From a virus: a stretch of 64,000 nucleotides of DNA. Position numbers and translations under genes: made by a program. Positions 9,558 to 20,600 of this stretch are shown piece by piece (within the stretch, counting starts at the first letter, position 1; every line of letters starts with the position of its first letter). The DNA lies in IMG/VR virus record IMGVR_UViG_3300018984_000002, positions 38,777 through 102,776 of that record. One strand, written 5' to 3'. Below the pieces are notes generated by a model. That model was not told the origin of the DNA and searched no databases. It worked only from the letters and a program-made list of their open reading frames with translations.

Positions 9558-9752
9558 ATGCCTACTAACGTTGATAAATATTTTACTTACAATCATTTAC
9601 CTGAAAATCTGCAAAAAATTAGCAAACCTATTGCTGATCTTGCACAATTAATGGAAACAACTTTGCCAGATGGTCCAGAAAAATCTACAGGTATGCGTAA
9701 GTTACTTGAAGCTAAAGATTGTTTTGTAAGAGCAGCTTTAGATTTAAAGTAA
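9558..9752 (+). CDS. 64-aa helical-hairpin protein, possible Acb2-like sponge
   Basis: YFTYNHLPENLQ...LPDGPEK...RKLLEAKDCFVRA is a recurrent phage family; its pattern resembles the Acb2/Tad1 hairpin; has its own terminator. Confidence 0.45.
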   Translation: MPTNVDKYFTYNHLPENLQKISKPIADLAQLMETTLPDGPEKSTGMRKLLEAKDCFVRAALDLK

Positions 9753-9780
9753 AAAACTAATCCCCTTCTTGGGGATTTTT
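9753..9780. terminator. bidirectional intrinsic terminator
   Basis: AATCCCC/GGGGATT stem flanked by A and T runs, between convergent genes. Confidence 0.75.
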
Positions 9781-9781
9781 A

Positions 9782-10345
9782 TTATTTTTTTTTACTTTTG
9801 CGTTTATCTCTTTTTACCCAAGTACAAATAGTATTTGGGGCTTTTTCTTTAGTCCAAATTAACCAATCACAACTACAATTATCTAATTTACCATCTCCGG
9901 TAAAAGAAACTCTAGGACAAAATATTATTTGGGCTAAATGTTCTTGATAGTCTTGCAACCAATCTTGCCTATCAAATGTAGGTTCTGTTATTGTTTTTCG
10001 GACATACAAAGCCAATCCTATATTTACGTGGTTAAAAGCTAATGGTAGTAACTGATTAACACTAGTAAAAGGAGGATTAGTAATTATCCAGTCTACTTTA
10101 GGTAATTCTAAATAAGAGTCTGGTTTAGTAATGTCTAAGTGATAATCTGTATCTAGATTTGTATTAATATCATTTGTTATTACTGTTAATCCAATATCTC
10201 TTAAGGGATTAACTATTGCATTATCACCTGAAGCACATTCTAGTACTGTACCTTCAATACATACAGGGATATTGTCTAATAGCCATTTAGTAACTGAAGG
10301 TGGAGAATAATAAGCATCAAGACTTTTTCTTTGTTTCATTATCAT
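9782..10345 (-). CDS. DNA N6-adenine methyltransferase
   Basis: DAYYSP, SAM-binding VLECASG and catalytic IITNPPF motifs. Confidence 0.8.
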   Translation of the reverse strand: MIMKQRKSLDAYYSPPSVTKWLLDNIPVCIEGTVLECASGDNAIVNPLRDIGLTVITNDINTNLDTDYHLDITKPDSYLELPKVDWIITNPPFTSVNQLLPLAFNHVNIGLALYVRKTITEPTFDRQDWLQDYQEHLAQIIFCPRVSFTGDGKLDNCSCDWLIWTKEKAPNTICTWVKRDKRKSKKK

Positions 10346-10814
10346 TATCTTTTTTGTTAATCTTAATCTGATTGTCTTTTTCTAATTCTTCTCTTAAATC
10401 CTGTAGATTAAGCTCAAGATACCTAATAGAATCTGGATTTACATTATGTTCTTTAGCTAGTTCTATTTGGTGTTCTATTTCTTCTGGTGTTAAATTGCAC
10501 ATAGTAGTCACCCTGATGAAAAATTAGTAGTTTAGATAGAGTATGTCAAAATACATTTATTTTCCGGTACATATACTCTTACTACTCTGTCAGGCTTATT
10601 ATCCCACAACCGATAATAATAATCTACAATGTGTTTCTTTACTTTTACTTTTCTGTAAGACAAATAACCTGCTTTGTTTAAACGTTGGTCAACTACTTCA
10701 AAACTTTCTCCACCTACAAATACAAGTGGATACACAGTCATTATTTGCAGATAAACTTGTTCGATAAGTTTGACTGCTAGGTTTTTTAAATTAATCATAG
10801 TTAATAGCATTTAA

Positions 10815-11795
10815 TTACTCTGACTTTAATAAAAATTTATTTGAGATAACTTTAAAAGAAATTCGCGAGTATATATCGTCAGACACCAAAACCAAACCTT
10901 CGCGTTCTGTCTTACTATTCAACATACTCTTATCTTCAGCTAAAGATAAGATGTAATCTAACTTTGTTGTTTCAGGAAATACAAGGTTAGAAGATATTAC
11001 AGGTACAAATTTTAGCCCCAAACTATCTGCTACATCTTGAGCATCAACTGGATTTAAATAACCTTGAGCTTTGATGTTAAATACATTAAATACATAAAGT
11101 TCTCTTTTATCTAAACCATATTTATTTTTACGAATTCCAGGTCCAACTATTTCACCTTGAATAGCTAAATTAGTACCCTTTAAACTATTCTCTAATTTAT
11201 ATTCGTTAATGATTGCCCGAAAGTATGTATCTAACCCTGAATCGATAGAAGCTGATTTTTTAGAACAAATACCAAAGGTATCTTTATACCAGTAAGCTGT
11301 AAATGAAATACCGTCTAATTTCTCGGTAATAGTCCAACTACGGTGAATTAAATCTGGAAGCTGAGAATTTATATTTTGAATACGCTCTAAAGTAGTACTA
11401 GGAATAAACCCAGGTAAACTACCCTCTGTTTGTGCATCATAATGAGTAATTCCTAATTCAGCTGTTACATCATCACCAATCTCTAAATATCTTTCTAGTC
11501 CACCTGTAGGTAAAACTAAACCTTGAGAAATTTGTCCTCGTAATTTAATAGTCTTAATGCGAAATCCTTCTTTACCATCTGCTAATTTACGATAGCAAGA
11601 GTTTCTTAAAAATTCGTATTCAGGTCTTACTGGTAAGAAAGAATCTATCTCACAATAAATAACTATATCACCTGGCTTATATTCTCCTTTCTTAACTACA
11701 GCTTGCCAACCATCAATAATAGCTAGTTCCAAATTGTCTGCATTAAGTATCTGTTTAATTTCAGATATTTGACGAATACTTGCAAGTTTACGCAT
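10815..11795 (-). CDS. ATP-dependent RNA ligase (Rnl2-like, DRB0094 family)
   Basis: MRKLASIRQI start, ADNLELAIIDGWQ, motif I TEKLDG, IQGEIVG, EGLV and SFKVISNKFLLK. Confidence 0.9.
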   Translation of the reverse strand: MRKLASIRQISEIKQILNADNLELAIIDGWQAVVKKGEYKPGDIVIYCEIDSFLPVRPEYEFLRNSCYRKLADGKEGFRIKTIKLRGQISQGLVLPTGGLERYLEIGDDVTAELGITHYDAQTEGSLPGFIPSTTLERIQNINSQLPDLIHRSWTITEKLDGISFTAYWYKDTFGICSKKSASIDSGLDTYFRAIINEYKLENSLKGTNLAIQGEIVGPGIRKNKYGLDKRELYVFNVFNIKAQGYLNPVDAQDVADSLGLKFVPVISSNLVFPETTKLDYILSLAEDKSMLNSKTEREGLVLVSDDIYSRISFKVISNKFLLKSE

Positions 11796-12050
11796 TTAAA
11801 ACTCCTTCGTTAAATTAATTAACTTTCTTAAGTCCGAAATATAAGTAGCTGTACGTTCTGTTAAATTTGAGCAATCTTTTTCTATACAGGTAACTAGTCT
11901 GTCTATGTTTTCTAACAACACGGGAGCTAATGATATTAGATTAGCTATACGTAAGTCACTATCTGCAATGCAAATTATTTCTTTTGTTTCGGCATCAACA
12001 ATATCATAAATAATACCGTCACACCAACTTTCTTGTACTTCCCACTTCAT

Positions 12051-12293
12051 TTAATTATTCTCGCTATTAAGTGCTAATTCTAGTCTGCGTAATTCTTCTT
12101 TAACAGCTTCAATGTTGTTTTCACATTCGTCTCTATCTAAAATATATTGATCTTGTAGATCACTAAGTTTCTGTATATCTTCAGTAGATAATCTATCTAA
12201 TTTTATATCATACAATTCGCTTAGTAATCTTTGGCGTTTTTCTAGTTGACTTAATTGTTTTCTAAGTATATTAATATAATTCTGCATTATCAT
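12051..12293 (-). CDS. coiled-coil hypothetical protein
   Basis: ORF in a tightly packed - strand run; heptad pattern. Confidence 0.5.
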   Translation of the reverse strand: MIMQNYINILRKQLSQLEKRQRLLSELYDIKLDRLSTEDIQKLSDLQDQYILDRDECENNIEAVKEELRRLELALNSENN

Positions 12294-12576
12294 TTCTTTT
12301 TATTGTTATAACCATCTTCAGCTAATTCAATTAATGCGTTTACTATTTCTTTTTTTATATCAGGATCGTCAGTTAAACTTAAACTATTACTAAGTTCATT
12401 GGACGCTGCCTGAATATCATCTTCTTCTACATATTGTCTTGCTCTTTCTACACTTTGTTTTAGTTCCTCTTCTGTCATTGCTTTGTCCTGATTTGATTTA
12501 GTGTTGTTTGGGTGTTAAAAAAAATAAATCCTCCTAGTAAATAAAAACTAGGAAGATTTTAAGTTAACTAATTTAA

Positions 12577-12717
12577 TTAAACTATACCTAAAGCCTTAAG
12601 AAAAAATCCCACATCTTCAAATCTATCAAAAATATGTTCTCTTTCTGAGCCAGAAAACTGCAATACATATTCCCAACTTTCGCCGTTTTGTTTGTAATGT
12701 AAATTAAATTCTCTCAT
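12577..12717 (-). CDS. 46-aa hypothetical protein (not in ORF track)
   Basis: MREFNLHYKQNGESWEYVLQFSG...; ATG lies about 10 nt downstream of a GTCCGAAA copy. Confidence 0.4.
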   Translation of the reverse strand: MREFNLHYKQNGESWEYVLQFSGSEREHIFDRFEDVGFFLKALGIV

Positions 12718-12889
12718 AATACTTATATTTCGGACTATTCTTTATTGGAATCTTTTGATTTAAAAATAGTAATCTTAGGCAGTGGAGATGGGAACACTAT
12801 TGGTTTTATGTATTCTTCTTCTTTTATCACACTAGATACATTTATCTCTAATAATTGATGTATGTAGTTTTTAATTTTGTTAATCACTT

Positions 12890-13060
12890 TTATTCTTCTT
12901 TTATTTTTGGATATTCTATCTCTGCTTTCTGCCCGTCTGTTCTATCACTATCATCGTAATGTCCACGATAAGTAGTCCATTCGGCATCTTCTAAATTATT
13001 ACAATCTTCTTTAGGTAAAGAATCACCAGTTTTGTTTTCGTTATTTTTTGGGGTTGACAT
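12890..13060 (-). CDS. small acidic protein
   Basis: MSTPKNNE...; ATG at 13060 preferred over the ORF-track start. Confidence 0.45.
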   Translation of the reverse strand: MSTPKNNENKTGDSLPKEDCNNLEDAEWTTYRGHYDDSDRTDGQKAEIEYPKIKEE

Positions 13061-13310
13061 GATTACTAATTTCACTCAAAACAAAGATAGTTTTATTCTT
13101 GCTTATTCGTATTCAGAACTAATAAATAGTCTGACAGTAATTATTAACAAACCCAATAACGCTTATCAGTATATAGGAGTCCCATTATCTGTGGTTAGTG
13201 AGTTTGCTAATAGCGAACATAAAGGTAAATACTTTAGTCAATACATTAAACCTAAATATCCTGTTCGTAAATTAAGTCCTGGGGAGTTTCGTTATGAGCT
13301 AAGAAATTAG
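13059..13310 (+). CDS. KTSC domain protein
   Basis: YQYIGVPLSVVSEFANSEHKGKYFSQYIKPKY matches the KTSC pattern; ATG at 13059. Confidence 0.8.
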   Translation: MITNFTQNKDSFILAYSYSELINSLTVIINKPNNAYQYIGVPLSVVSEFANSEHKGKYFSQYIKPKYPVRKLSPGEFRYELRN

Positions 13311-14276
13311 TTTCCAAGCTTGATTAGTAAATTTTAAAAATGTACTACATTCAAAACAATACATTAAAGTATCTTCTTTATCAACTAAAGGCGGGGTCTT
13401 ACTTATCTTAGTTAAACAACACCGTTTTAGCGGCATTACTACTGCACTGTTAATTGCCATATTTTTAAGCCCCAGTTAAGGGGCGTTTTACTACTTATTG
13501 CCTTTTTCTGGTTCGGGTTTAGGTTCAGGTCTTTTCCATAGTTTATAACGCTGCATTTTAGGCGGTAGTTCTTGAAACTCTGTAAGAGTAACAGGGATTT
13601 GAGTCATGCCCTTTTCGTCGCGTATTTCTTTATTCATTGCTCATCCTCTTCTTCATCTTCCTGAGTATCATTATCTGTTGGATCATAACCCGGATATGTG
13701 TCTGTAGAATAAGTCATATTACTACTTCATTGCAATGTTATAAGCTTTGTCCCACACATACTGCGGTAATTTATATTCACGTCCATGATCTGGATAATTA
13801 CCTAACATATCTTTACTAACTACTTTAGCGGCATCACTAATATCTTCTAACTGTTTTTTAGTTAACTGTTGTTTTTCTGGCGCTAATGATGCAATGTATT
13901 GACGGCGAGTTACAACTGAAAGAGAGTATGGTTGTTCAGTTTTAAAACCCCTACTAGTAGTTGGAAATTCTCTTTTAACACATTCTTGAATATAATTAAT
14001 AGCTCTGGTTAATACGTTATCTTTCATGTTTAATTATCGTTGTTTTAAATTTACAGATTTAGTTATTTAAAAACTAATAACTACTTTCAGCCATGTCATC
14101 TAAATCAAAATGAACTATTTTATCTTTACTTTTTACATCTATACAGTCCTCATCTTTAGCGGGTGGTGTAAGTTCTGGAGGTCCTTCCCAGTCTTCTGGT
14201 TCAATACCAGTGACATTACCTATTTTGTGTATATCACTTGAGTGTATTCTTCCACCTGTTTTTGACATAATTTTAT

Positions 14277-14843
14277 TTAATAGCTAGTTAACCCAGTATT
14301 AATTTTGACTCCATGATTACTTGGCACAATATACGGAAATAATTCCATATTGTTTATCAACTCATAAGCTTTAAATCCCCCTATATTACAACCACCTTGA
14401 CCTGTGTTATCAGAGTTAGAAGTTAATATATAATCTATCTGACTGCTTGGATGTATTGTTAAAACCAAAGTATTTTTTCTATCAAAATAATGTAGTTTTA
14501 TGCCAGTAAATTTTGGTTCCAACAAAAATATTGGTGTAATTTTTGTATCCGCAACTATGCGTCTAGCTACATTTATTGCTGTCTTAGATATTGGTAATGT
14601 ACCATAATTGTCCCAGTTTATAGGAAAAGATTCTATTTTATTTAGTTGTTCAAGAACATAAGAAGATAGCTCAGTGTTGTAGATATTTTCGGACTCTTGT
14701 TGTGGGCTTACTTTAGGTTCAGGTAAATTATCTATCAAATTAGACAAATAATTAGTCATTGTTGTTTCTTTTTCTTTAGCAAGCTGTCGTAGCTTGTCTA
14801 ATCTTCTATTACTAATTTTTACACTTAATCTGCTGGTTTCCAT
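14277..14843 (-). CDS. protein with N-terminal ribbon-helix-helix (CopG-like) domain
   Basis: RLSVKISNRRLDKLRQLAKEKETTMTNYLSNLIDNLP. Confidence 0.6.
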   Translation of the reverse strand: METSRLSVKISNRRLDKLRQLAKEKETTMTNYLSNLIDNLPEPKVSPQQESENIYNTELSSYVLEQLNKIESFPINWDNYGTLPISKTAINVARRIVADTKITPIFLLEPKFTGIKLHYFDRKNTLVLTIHPSSQIDYILTSNSDNTGQGGCNIGGFKAYELINNMELFPYIVPSNHGVKINTGLTSY

Positions 14844-14952
14844 ATTGCTACCTAGTTGATAAAGTTATGCTATCATAAAACAAGCCACAAGAGCTAGTGA
14901 TTAAACAACTCTTATGGCTAAAGTAAAACAATTCACTTTGATACATTATATC

Positions 14953-15675
14953 ATGTTTGAAATTCAAAATATTGACGGAGAGTTAGTTGTTGATTCTCGT
15001 TTGATTGCTCAAGAGTTTGGCATACTGCATAATTCGCTTAAAGACACAATCAATGACAATGCAACAGATATAGAAGAAGATTTTGGTGTCATCCGTCGTG
15101 AATCCAAACCTTCTTTTACGTCAAATCAAAATGAAACAGTATATTTTCTTACTGAGGATCAAGCGACATATATAATGACTCTTTCCAGAAATACTCCCCA
15201 AGTTAAAAAAGCTAAACGAAATTTGGTTCTTGCATTCACCAAAGCTAAGAAAATTATTCAAGATCAACAAATTGACATGAAAACAGTGTTAGGAATGCTA
15301 CAAGGTATGCAGGATAAACTAACCCAACAAGAACAAACTATGCTACAGCTCACAGCCCGTACACAGCGGCTAGATGAACTCGAACAACAAGAACGTAGTT
15401 TTGGTCAAGCCGCACAAATACATTCTGGTTGTGCAGAAGTGCTAGTAGATCAAATGGAAAATGCTATTGACGATCAGCAAATGACTGCTATTGAATTTAC
15501 ACGTTATGCAGGTATAGATTCTAGTTACGCTCGTAAAATTGCCCGTACTGCAAGTGCATTTGAGAAATGTGGAAAAGGAATTGAAAGATGTCCGAAACAA
15601 TATGGCACTAATCACTTATTGCTTGAAATGCGTTATTTAAAACAAGCAGCTAAAGTTGTTTTAAAACTAAATTAA
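14953..15675 (+). CDS. Rha-family phage regulatory protein
   Basis: LVVDSRLIAQEFG, YFLTEDQATYIMTLSRNT and KRNLVLAF Rha motifs; ATG 14953 preferred. Confidence 0.8.
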   Translation: MFEIQNIDGELVVDSRLIAQEFGILHNSLKDTINDNATDIEEDFGVIRRESKPSFTSNQNETVYFLTEDQATYIMTLSRNTPQVKKAKRNLVLAFTKAKKIIQDQQIDMKTVLGMLQGMQDKLTQQEQTMLQLTARTQRLDELEQQERSFGQAAQIHSGCAEVLVDQMENAIDDQQMTAIEFTRYAGIDSSYARKIARTASAFEKCGKGIERCPKQYGTNHLLLEMRYLKQAAKVVLKLN

Positions 15676-15716
15676 TATAATTAAATTAGCTTACTTTGCC
15701 ACCTTGGTAAACCACG

Positions 15717-15742
15717 CCCGTAGTACTAACTGCGGGTTTTTT
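15717..15742 (+). terminator. intrinsic terminator
   Basis: CCCGTAG/CTGCGGG stem plus T run after the Rha gene. Confidence 0.65.
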
Positions 15743-15780
15743 ATTATAGATACAATAAACATAGATAATATTTTACTTTT

Positions 15781-16152
15781 ATGTCTAAAGAGAAACTAGA
15801 ACCGTCACAGTGGGTAATAGATTATGAAGCTTTCATTACAGCTACTGGAACAGCTCTTAGTGAGGGAGGAAACACAATAACAACTCTGGCAGGTATTACT
15901 TTAGCTGGTAGTGTGTTAATTACTTGTATAGTTTTACGGGCAGAACTTCAAGGGTCACTACAAGTATTGCTTAGTGGTATTGTTGGCGGCGCAATAGTTA
16001 GTGACCCTAAAAAAGGATTAAGTCAAACTTTTCAACGTCCTGTAGAAAATGCTATTGCTAGTACAAATCCACAAAACACTATTGTAAATACTTCTAGTAC
16101 ACAAACTGAAGATGACGAAGAATGGTTTGCACCTGAAGATATAAAACTATGA
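15781..16152 (+). CDS. putative holin
   Basis: Two hydrophobic segments; lies just upstream of the endolysin. Confidence 0.45.
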   Translation: MSKEKLEPSQWVIDYEAFITATGTALSEGGNTITTLAGITLAGSVLITCIVLRAELQGSLQVLLSGIVGGAIVSDPKKGLSQTFQRPVENAIASTNPQNTIVNTSSTQTEDDEEWFAPEDIKL

Positions 16153-16391
16153 TTGATTTAGAGTTAGAGCTAGGGATAGCCTGGAAAGACAAAGCTAAAA
16201 CTGATTACGAGTTGTATGCTGCAATTGTCGAGAGATATAGCCATACAATACTGCCAAGCTGGGAAGAGTTACCTACTGAGTCACAATTGGCTTGGGAACT
16301 ACCAGCAAGAGACACCGAAGCCCGTTTAAATGGCACTACTCATCCTCGTGATATATGGTACAAATTTGCAGAACGTCGTCTTAACAAATGA
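16149..16391 (+). CDS. hypothetical protein in lysis cluster
   Basis: ATGA-type overlaps with both neighbours. Confidence 0.55.
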   Translation: MIDLELELGIAWKDKAKTDYELYAAIVERYSHTILPSWEELPTESQLAWELPARDTEARLNGTTHPRDIWYKFAERRLNK

Positions 16392-17602
16392 AAGTATGTG
16401 CAGCTGGAATTGAGTTAATAAAGAAGTTTGAAGGCTTACGTCTAGATGCATATTTAGATGCTGTTGGTGTTTGGACAATTGGTTATGGTAGTACAGGTAG
16501 TCGTGTGTACCCTGGTTTAAGTATCAATCATGCGACAGCCCTACAATGGTTATATGACGACTTAACTATATTTGAAAATGCAGTTAACAGTTTAGTCAAA
16601 GTTCCCTTGAATGAAAATCAGTTTGCAGCTTTAGTTTCATTTGCTTACAACTGTGGAGCATCTGCATTAGCTAATTCAACAGCATTAAAACGACTAAATA
16701 ATGAAGATTATGTTGGCTGCTGTGAAGCTATGCAATGGTACAACAAAGGTGATAACAAAATACTGCAAGGATTAGTGAATAGACGTAAAGCAGAAGTAGA
16801 GTTATTTAATAGTCCAGTAAATATAACTAAAATGACTAGTACTAAAAATGTTGTGGGGGGCAAATGTAAAATTAAAACTTTGCGAGATACTACCTTTAAT
16901 CACAGTGATTCAGATCGTGCAGGTGTTCGTGCTAATACCCAATTTAAAGTTTTAGCTTGGAAAAACATAGATGATTATTTAGTCATTACATTAGATAATC
17001 AGACACTAAAAGGTAAAAATACTTGGCAGGTTAAACAATCCGATGTTGTAATGAGTTTACCTAAAAATGACAATATACCTATTAAAACTAATAATACAAA
17101 AATACTTAAAGTACCCTATCTAAGTCAGTTAGATAACACCGAAGATCCTTATAGTACTTGTAACGTAACTAGCGTGGCAATGTGTATGGGTTATTTTGGA
17201 CATCCATTAAGACGAAATAATGTGCAACTTGAAGATGAACTAAATCAGTATTGCACAAACAATAATTTAGATCGCCATGTCCCAGAAGATCTTGCTCATT
17301 TGTTTAAGGTGTATAGCTATGTAGACAATTTTTCTCGTGCTGCAAAATGGTCAGATGTAAAATCTTGGTTGGATAGTGGTAATCCTACAATTGTTCACGG
17401 TTGGTTTACAGCTTCAGGACATATTATCGCGATTATTGGTTACAACCAAAAGGGCTGGATTGTCCACGATCCTTACGGGGAGTGGTATCCAGAGGGGTAT
17501 GACACGAATAGGCGTGGTGCTGGTTTAACCTATTCCTATGAAATGATGAAGCGGGTTTGCGGTACGGACGGAGATTTATGGATTCATTATGTTTCTAAAT
17601 AA
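16388..17602 (+). CDS. endolysin: GH24 lysozyme + C-terminal C39-like peptidase
   Basis: IKKFEGLRLDAYLDAVGVWTIGYG and GLVNRRKAE; C-terminal VPYLSQLDN, CNVTSVAM, GHIIAIIGY, VHDPYG. Confidence 0.9.
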   Translation: MKVCAAGIELIKKFEGLRLDAYLDAVGVWTIGYGSTGSRVYPGLSINHATALQWLYDDLTIFENAVNSLVKVPLNENQFAALVSFAYNCGASALANSTALKRLNNEDYVGCCEAMQWYNKGDNKILQGLVNRRKAEVELFNSPVNITKMTSTKNVVGGKCKIKTLRDTTFNHSDSDRAGVRANTQFKVLAWKNIDDYLVITLDNQTLKGKNTWQVKQSDVVMSLPKNDNIPIKTNNTKILKVPYLSQLDNTEDPYSTCNVTSVAMCMGYFGHPLRRNNVQLEDELNQYCTNNNLDRHVPEDLAHLFKVYSYVDNFSRAAKWSDVKSWLDSGNPTIVHGWFTASGHIIAIIGYNQKGWIVHDPYGEWYPEGYDTNRRGAGLTYSYEMMKRVCGTDGDLWIHYVSK

Positions 17603-17668
17603 ACCCTATTATTTCGGACTATTATAATTCACACTAAAATATAACTATATTAAAAAGATTATAATTTT

Positions 17669-20600
17669 ATGTCACAGTTGGCTGCTGGAATAAATGAAAT
17701 TGGAATGCCAGATCCATCTCAATTAGATGGGTTAGGAAAAGCAGTACAATCATACAATCAACAGATTATCAAACTGCAAACAACACAAGCAGCCGCACAA
17801 GCTAGTTTTTGGGGCATACAAAAAGCCACTGAAGCTGCTAGCAAAACATTTGCAAGTAGTGTACCTACCATAAAAACTTCAGCAGAAGTATTTGAAAAGC
17901 TACAAATAAGTACTGGAAACTTGGGAAAAGTACTGCAAAAAGGATTTGAGGTAGGACAGATATTAAAAGTATTTAATATCTTACAAGAAGGTGCAATCAA
18001 AATGATTGCCCAATTTGATAGAATCCCGCAAGCATTATCTTTAATGAATGCTAGTGGAGTAAGCACAGGAGTTATAGATGAATTTAGTCAAATTACTGAA
18101 GCACTTAAATTAAACGGAGCAGCCATAGACCAATTTAGTTTAAATGCAGTTGCACGTTTTAATGAATTTAATGCTGGTCTTACTAGAGTTCAAACTTTAT
18201 TTACAAAAGAAAGCGGTTTTAATGTTGAAAAATATGGAGAAGATCTACAAAAATTAGTTGATGGTCCACTTAAAAATAGTATTACAAGTATTGAAGCACT
18301 TGATGGTGCATACAACGCTATTTCGGCAGGTTTCACTAAAGCAGCAGACTCACAAGCTGTAATGACAGCAGGTTTGAAGTTAGCTAAAGCTGGTGGCGCA
18401 GATAGTGCAGACGTAATGCGATTACTAGGTGCAACACTAAACGCTTACGGTAAAAGTGCTAGTGAAGCTGGCAAGGTTGGCGCACAGCTTAACCTGATTG
18501 TACAGAAAGGTATTACTACCATCCCGGAATTAGCTGGTGGTTTCGCTGAGACTGCTACTACAGCTAAAAGTGCTGGAGTATCCCTCGAAGATTTATCAGC
18601 CGCTGTGGCAGTATTAACCACTAAAGGTAATAGTACTCCCAGTGCTTTAACTGGTATTGAATCTATTTCACGTAACATTATTGCCAAAACACCTGAAGCA
18701 ACTAAAGCATTAGAAGGATTAGTAGACGCCGCAGGTAAACCAGTTAAGTTTGATATTACCGAAATAAAAGCAGATGGTTTAGCTAAATCACTTCAGCGAT
18801 TAAATCAAGCTGTTGGTGGCAACGTTGTCAAACTAAAAGAGATTATTCCTGAATCGAGAGCTTATTCAACTGCATTAGCGTTAATGCAAAATAACTCTAA
18901 AGATTTAGCTGATATTAGTTTGCAAATGGGTCAAACAACAGCTAAAGCATTAGACGAAGTATTTGGTCAACAAATTGCACAGAAAAGTGAAAAGTTTGTG
19001 CAAATTGTAAATCGATTTGGCGAAGTAATGATTAAGTTAGGTAAAAGCCTAACACCTGCATTTGAAAGTGGACTTAAAGTATTAGACACCGTATCAGAAA
19101 CTATCGCTAAAATTCCAGATGGCGTAAAAGAAAATATTGCACAATTTTTATTAGCAGGTTTAGCATTTAAACAAACTACTGGGGCTGTTGGTGTATTCAC
19201 AGCCACACTAGTTAAAGCCTTTTTAGCATACCAAGGCTTTCGTTTAAGTACGATGGCTTTTAATGGCGAATTATTTAAACAAATAGATATTATTGGAAAA
19301 CTGTATAAAGCAAACGCAGGATTATTGCCTGTTGCACTTCAATTATTTGGTGTAGACCAACAACGTATTTTAGCTGAAAAAGATTTATTGGTTGGCGGTG
19401 AAAAAAATGTAGTAGTAACTAAAACTAGAGTACAAGCTGCAAAAGAATTAGCTACTGAAAAGAAAGATTTAGTAGGCGCATTAAAAACACTGATTGGTTT
19501 AGATCGCGAAGCATTAATTGTTTCGAGCAGCGTAGCTAAAAGTTACGACGAACAAGTAGCTGCCATACAACCACTTGTTGATTTAAATAAGCGTGTTAAA
19601 AAATCACGCGAAGAAGCAACTAAAGCTAATAGTGATTTTGTCAAAGCAGAAGAAACACTAAATAGTAAGCGGGAAAAGTTTAGTCAACTAGAAGAAGAAT
19701 TACTAAAGAAGAAAGAAGCACAAAAACAACTACAAGAAGAAGCTAGTAAATTACTACAAAGCAAAGATACTACGCCAGAAGTCCGAAAACAAGTAGTAGA
19801 AAAAGTAGAAACAATTAAAAGCGATGTTGGTAAGTCTGAAACTGAACGGTTAATTCGGCTTAAAGAAATTCAACGACAAGAAGAGTTAGTTGGGAAAGCA
19901 AAAAATAAAGTAGCGGAAACAACTAAAAAAGAAGCAGACACAGTTGCTCAAGTTACTAAAGACCAACTAGAACTAGTATCTGCTCGTCGTAATGCTGCCG
20001 CTTTAGCCCAAAAAGCTAAAGAAGCTGAAACATTAGCAGAGATTGCAAACACAGAAGCAAAAACAGCTAATGCCTTAGCAAGCAAAAGTGGTTTTAAAGA
20101 TGTTGCATTAAACACAGCTGCTGAAGAAGCAAACACAATTGCTAAAACACAAAATGCAATAGCAAGTAAATCCAGGGTTGCGGCTACAGAAGCAGATATA
20201 GCAGTCCGAAAAATAAATACAGGATTACTGCAATCAGAAGCAATCGCTGAAAATAAACTAATAGAAACAAAGTTATTAGGACTAAAAACTACTGTTGGTA
20301 ATAATGCAATTACAAAACTATTTACTACTAATATTTCGGACTTATTAAGTGACTTAAGTAAAACTGTAAGTACCACCCTTGGATTTACGACAGATAAATT
20401 TAAAGATTTCTTTGGTTTTCTAAGTCAAAAAAGTGGCAGTAAAGGATTCTTTGTTGGGCTGAAAGAAGATTTTGTATCTAACTTTAAAGAAATAAAGAAA
20501 AGTATAGAGAATCCTGTAGATAGCTTTAATAAACTAAAATCTGGAGCAATAGATAGTTTTAGTGCAATCACTGAAGCCAGTAAAAATTTAGGTACAGGTG

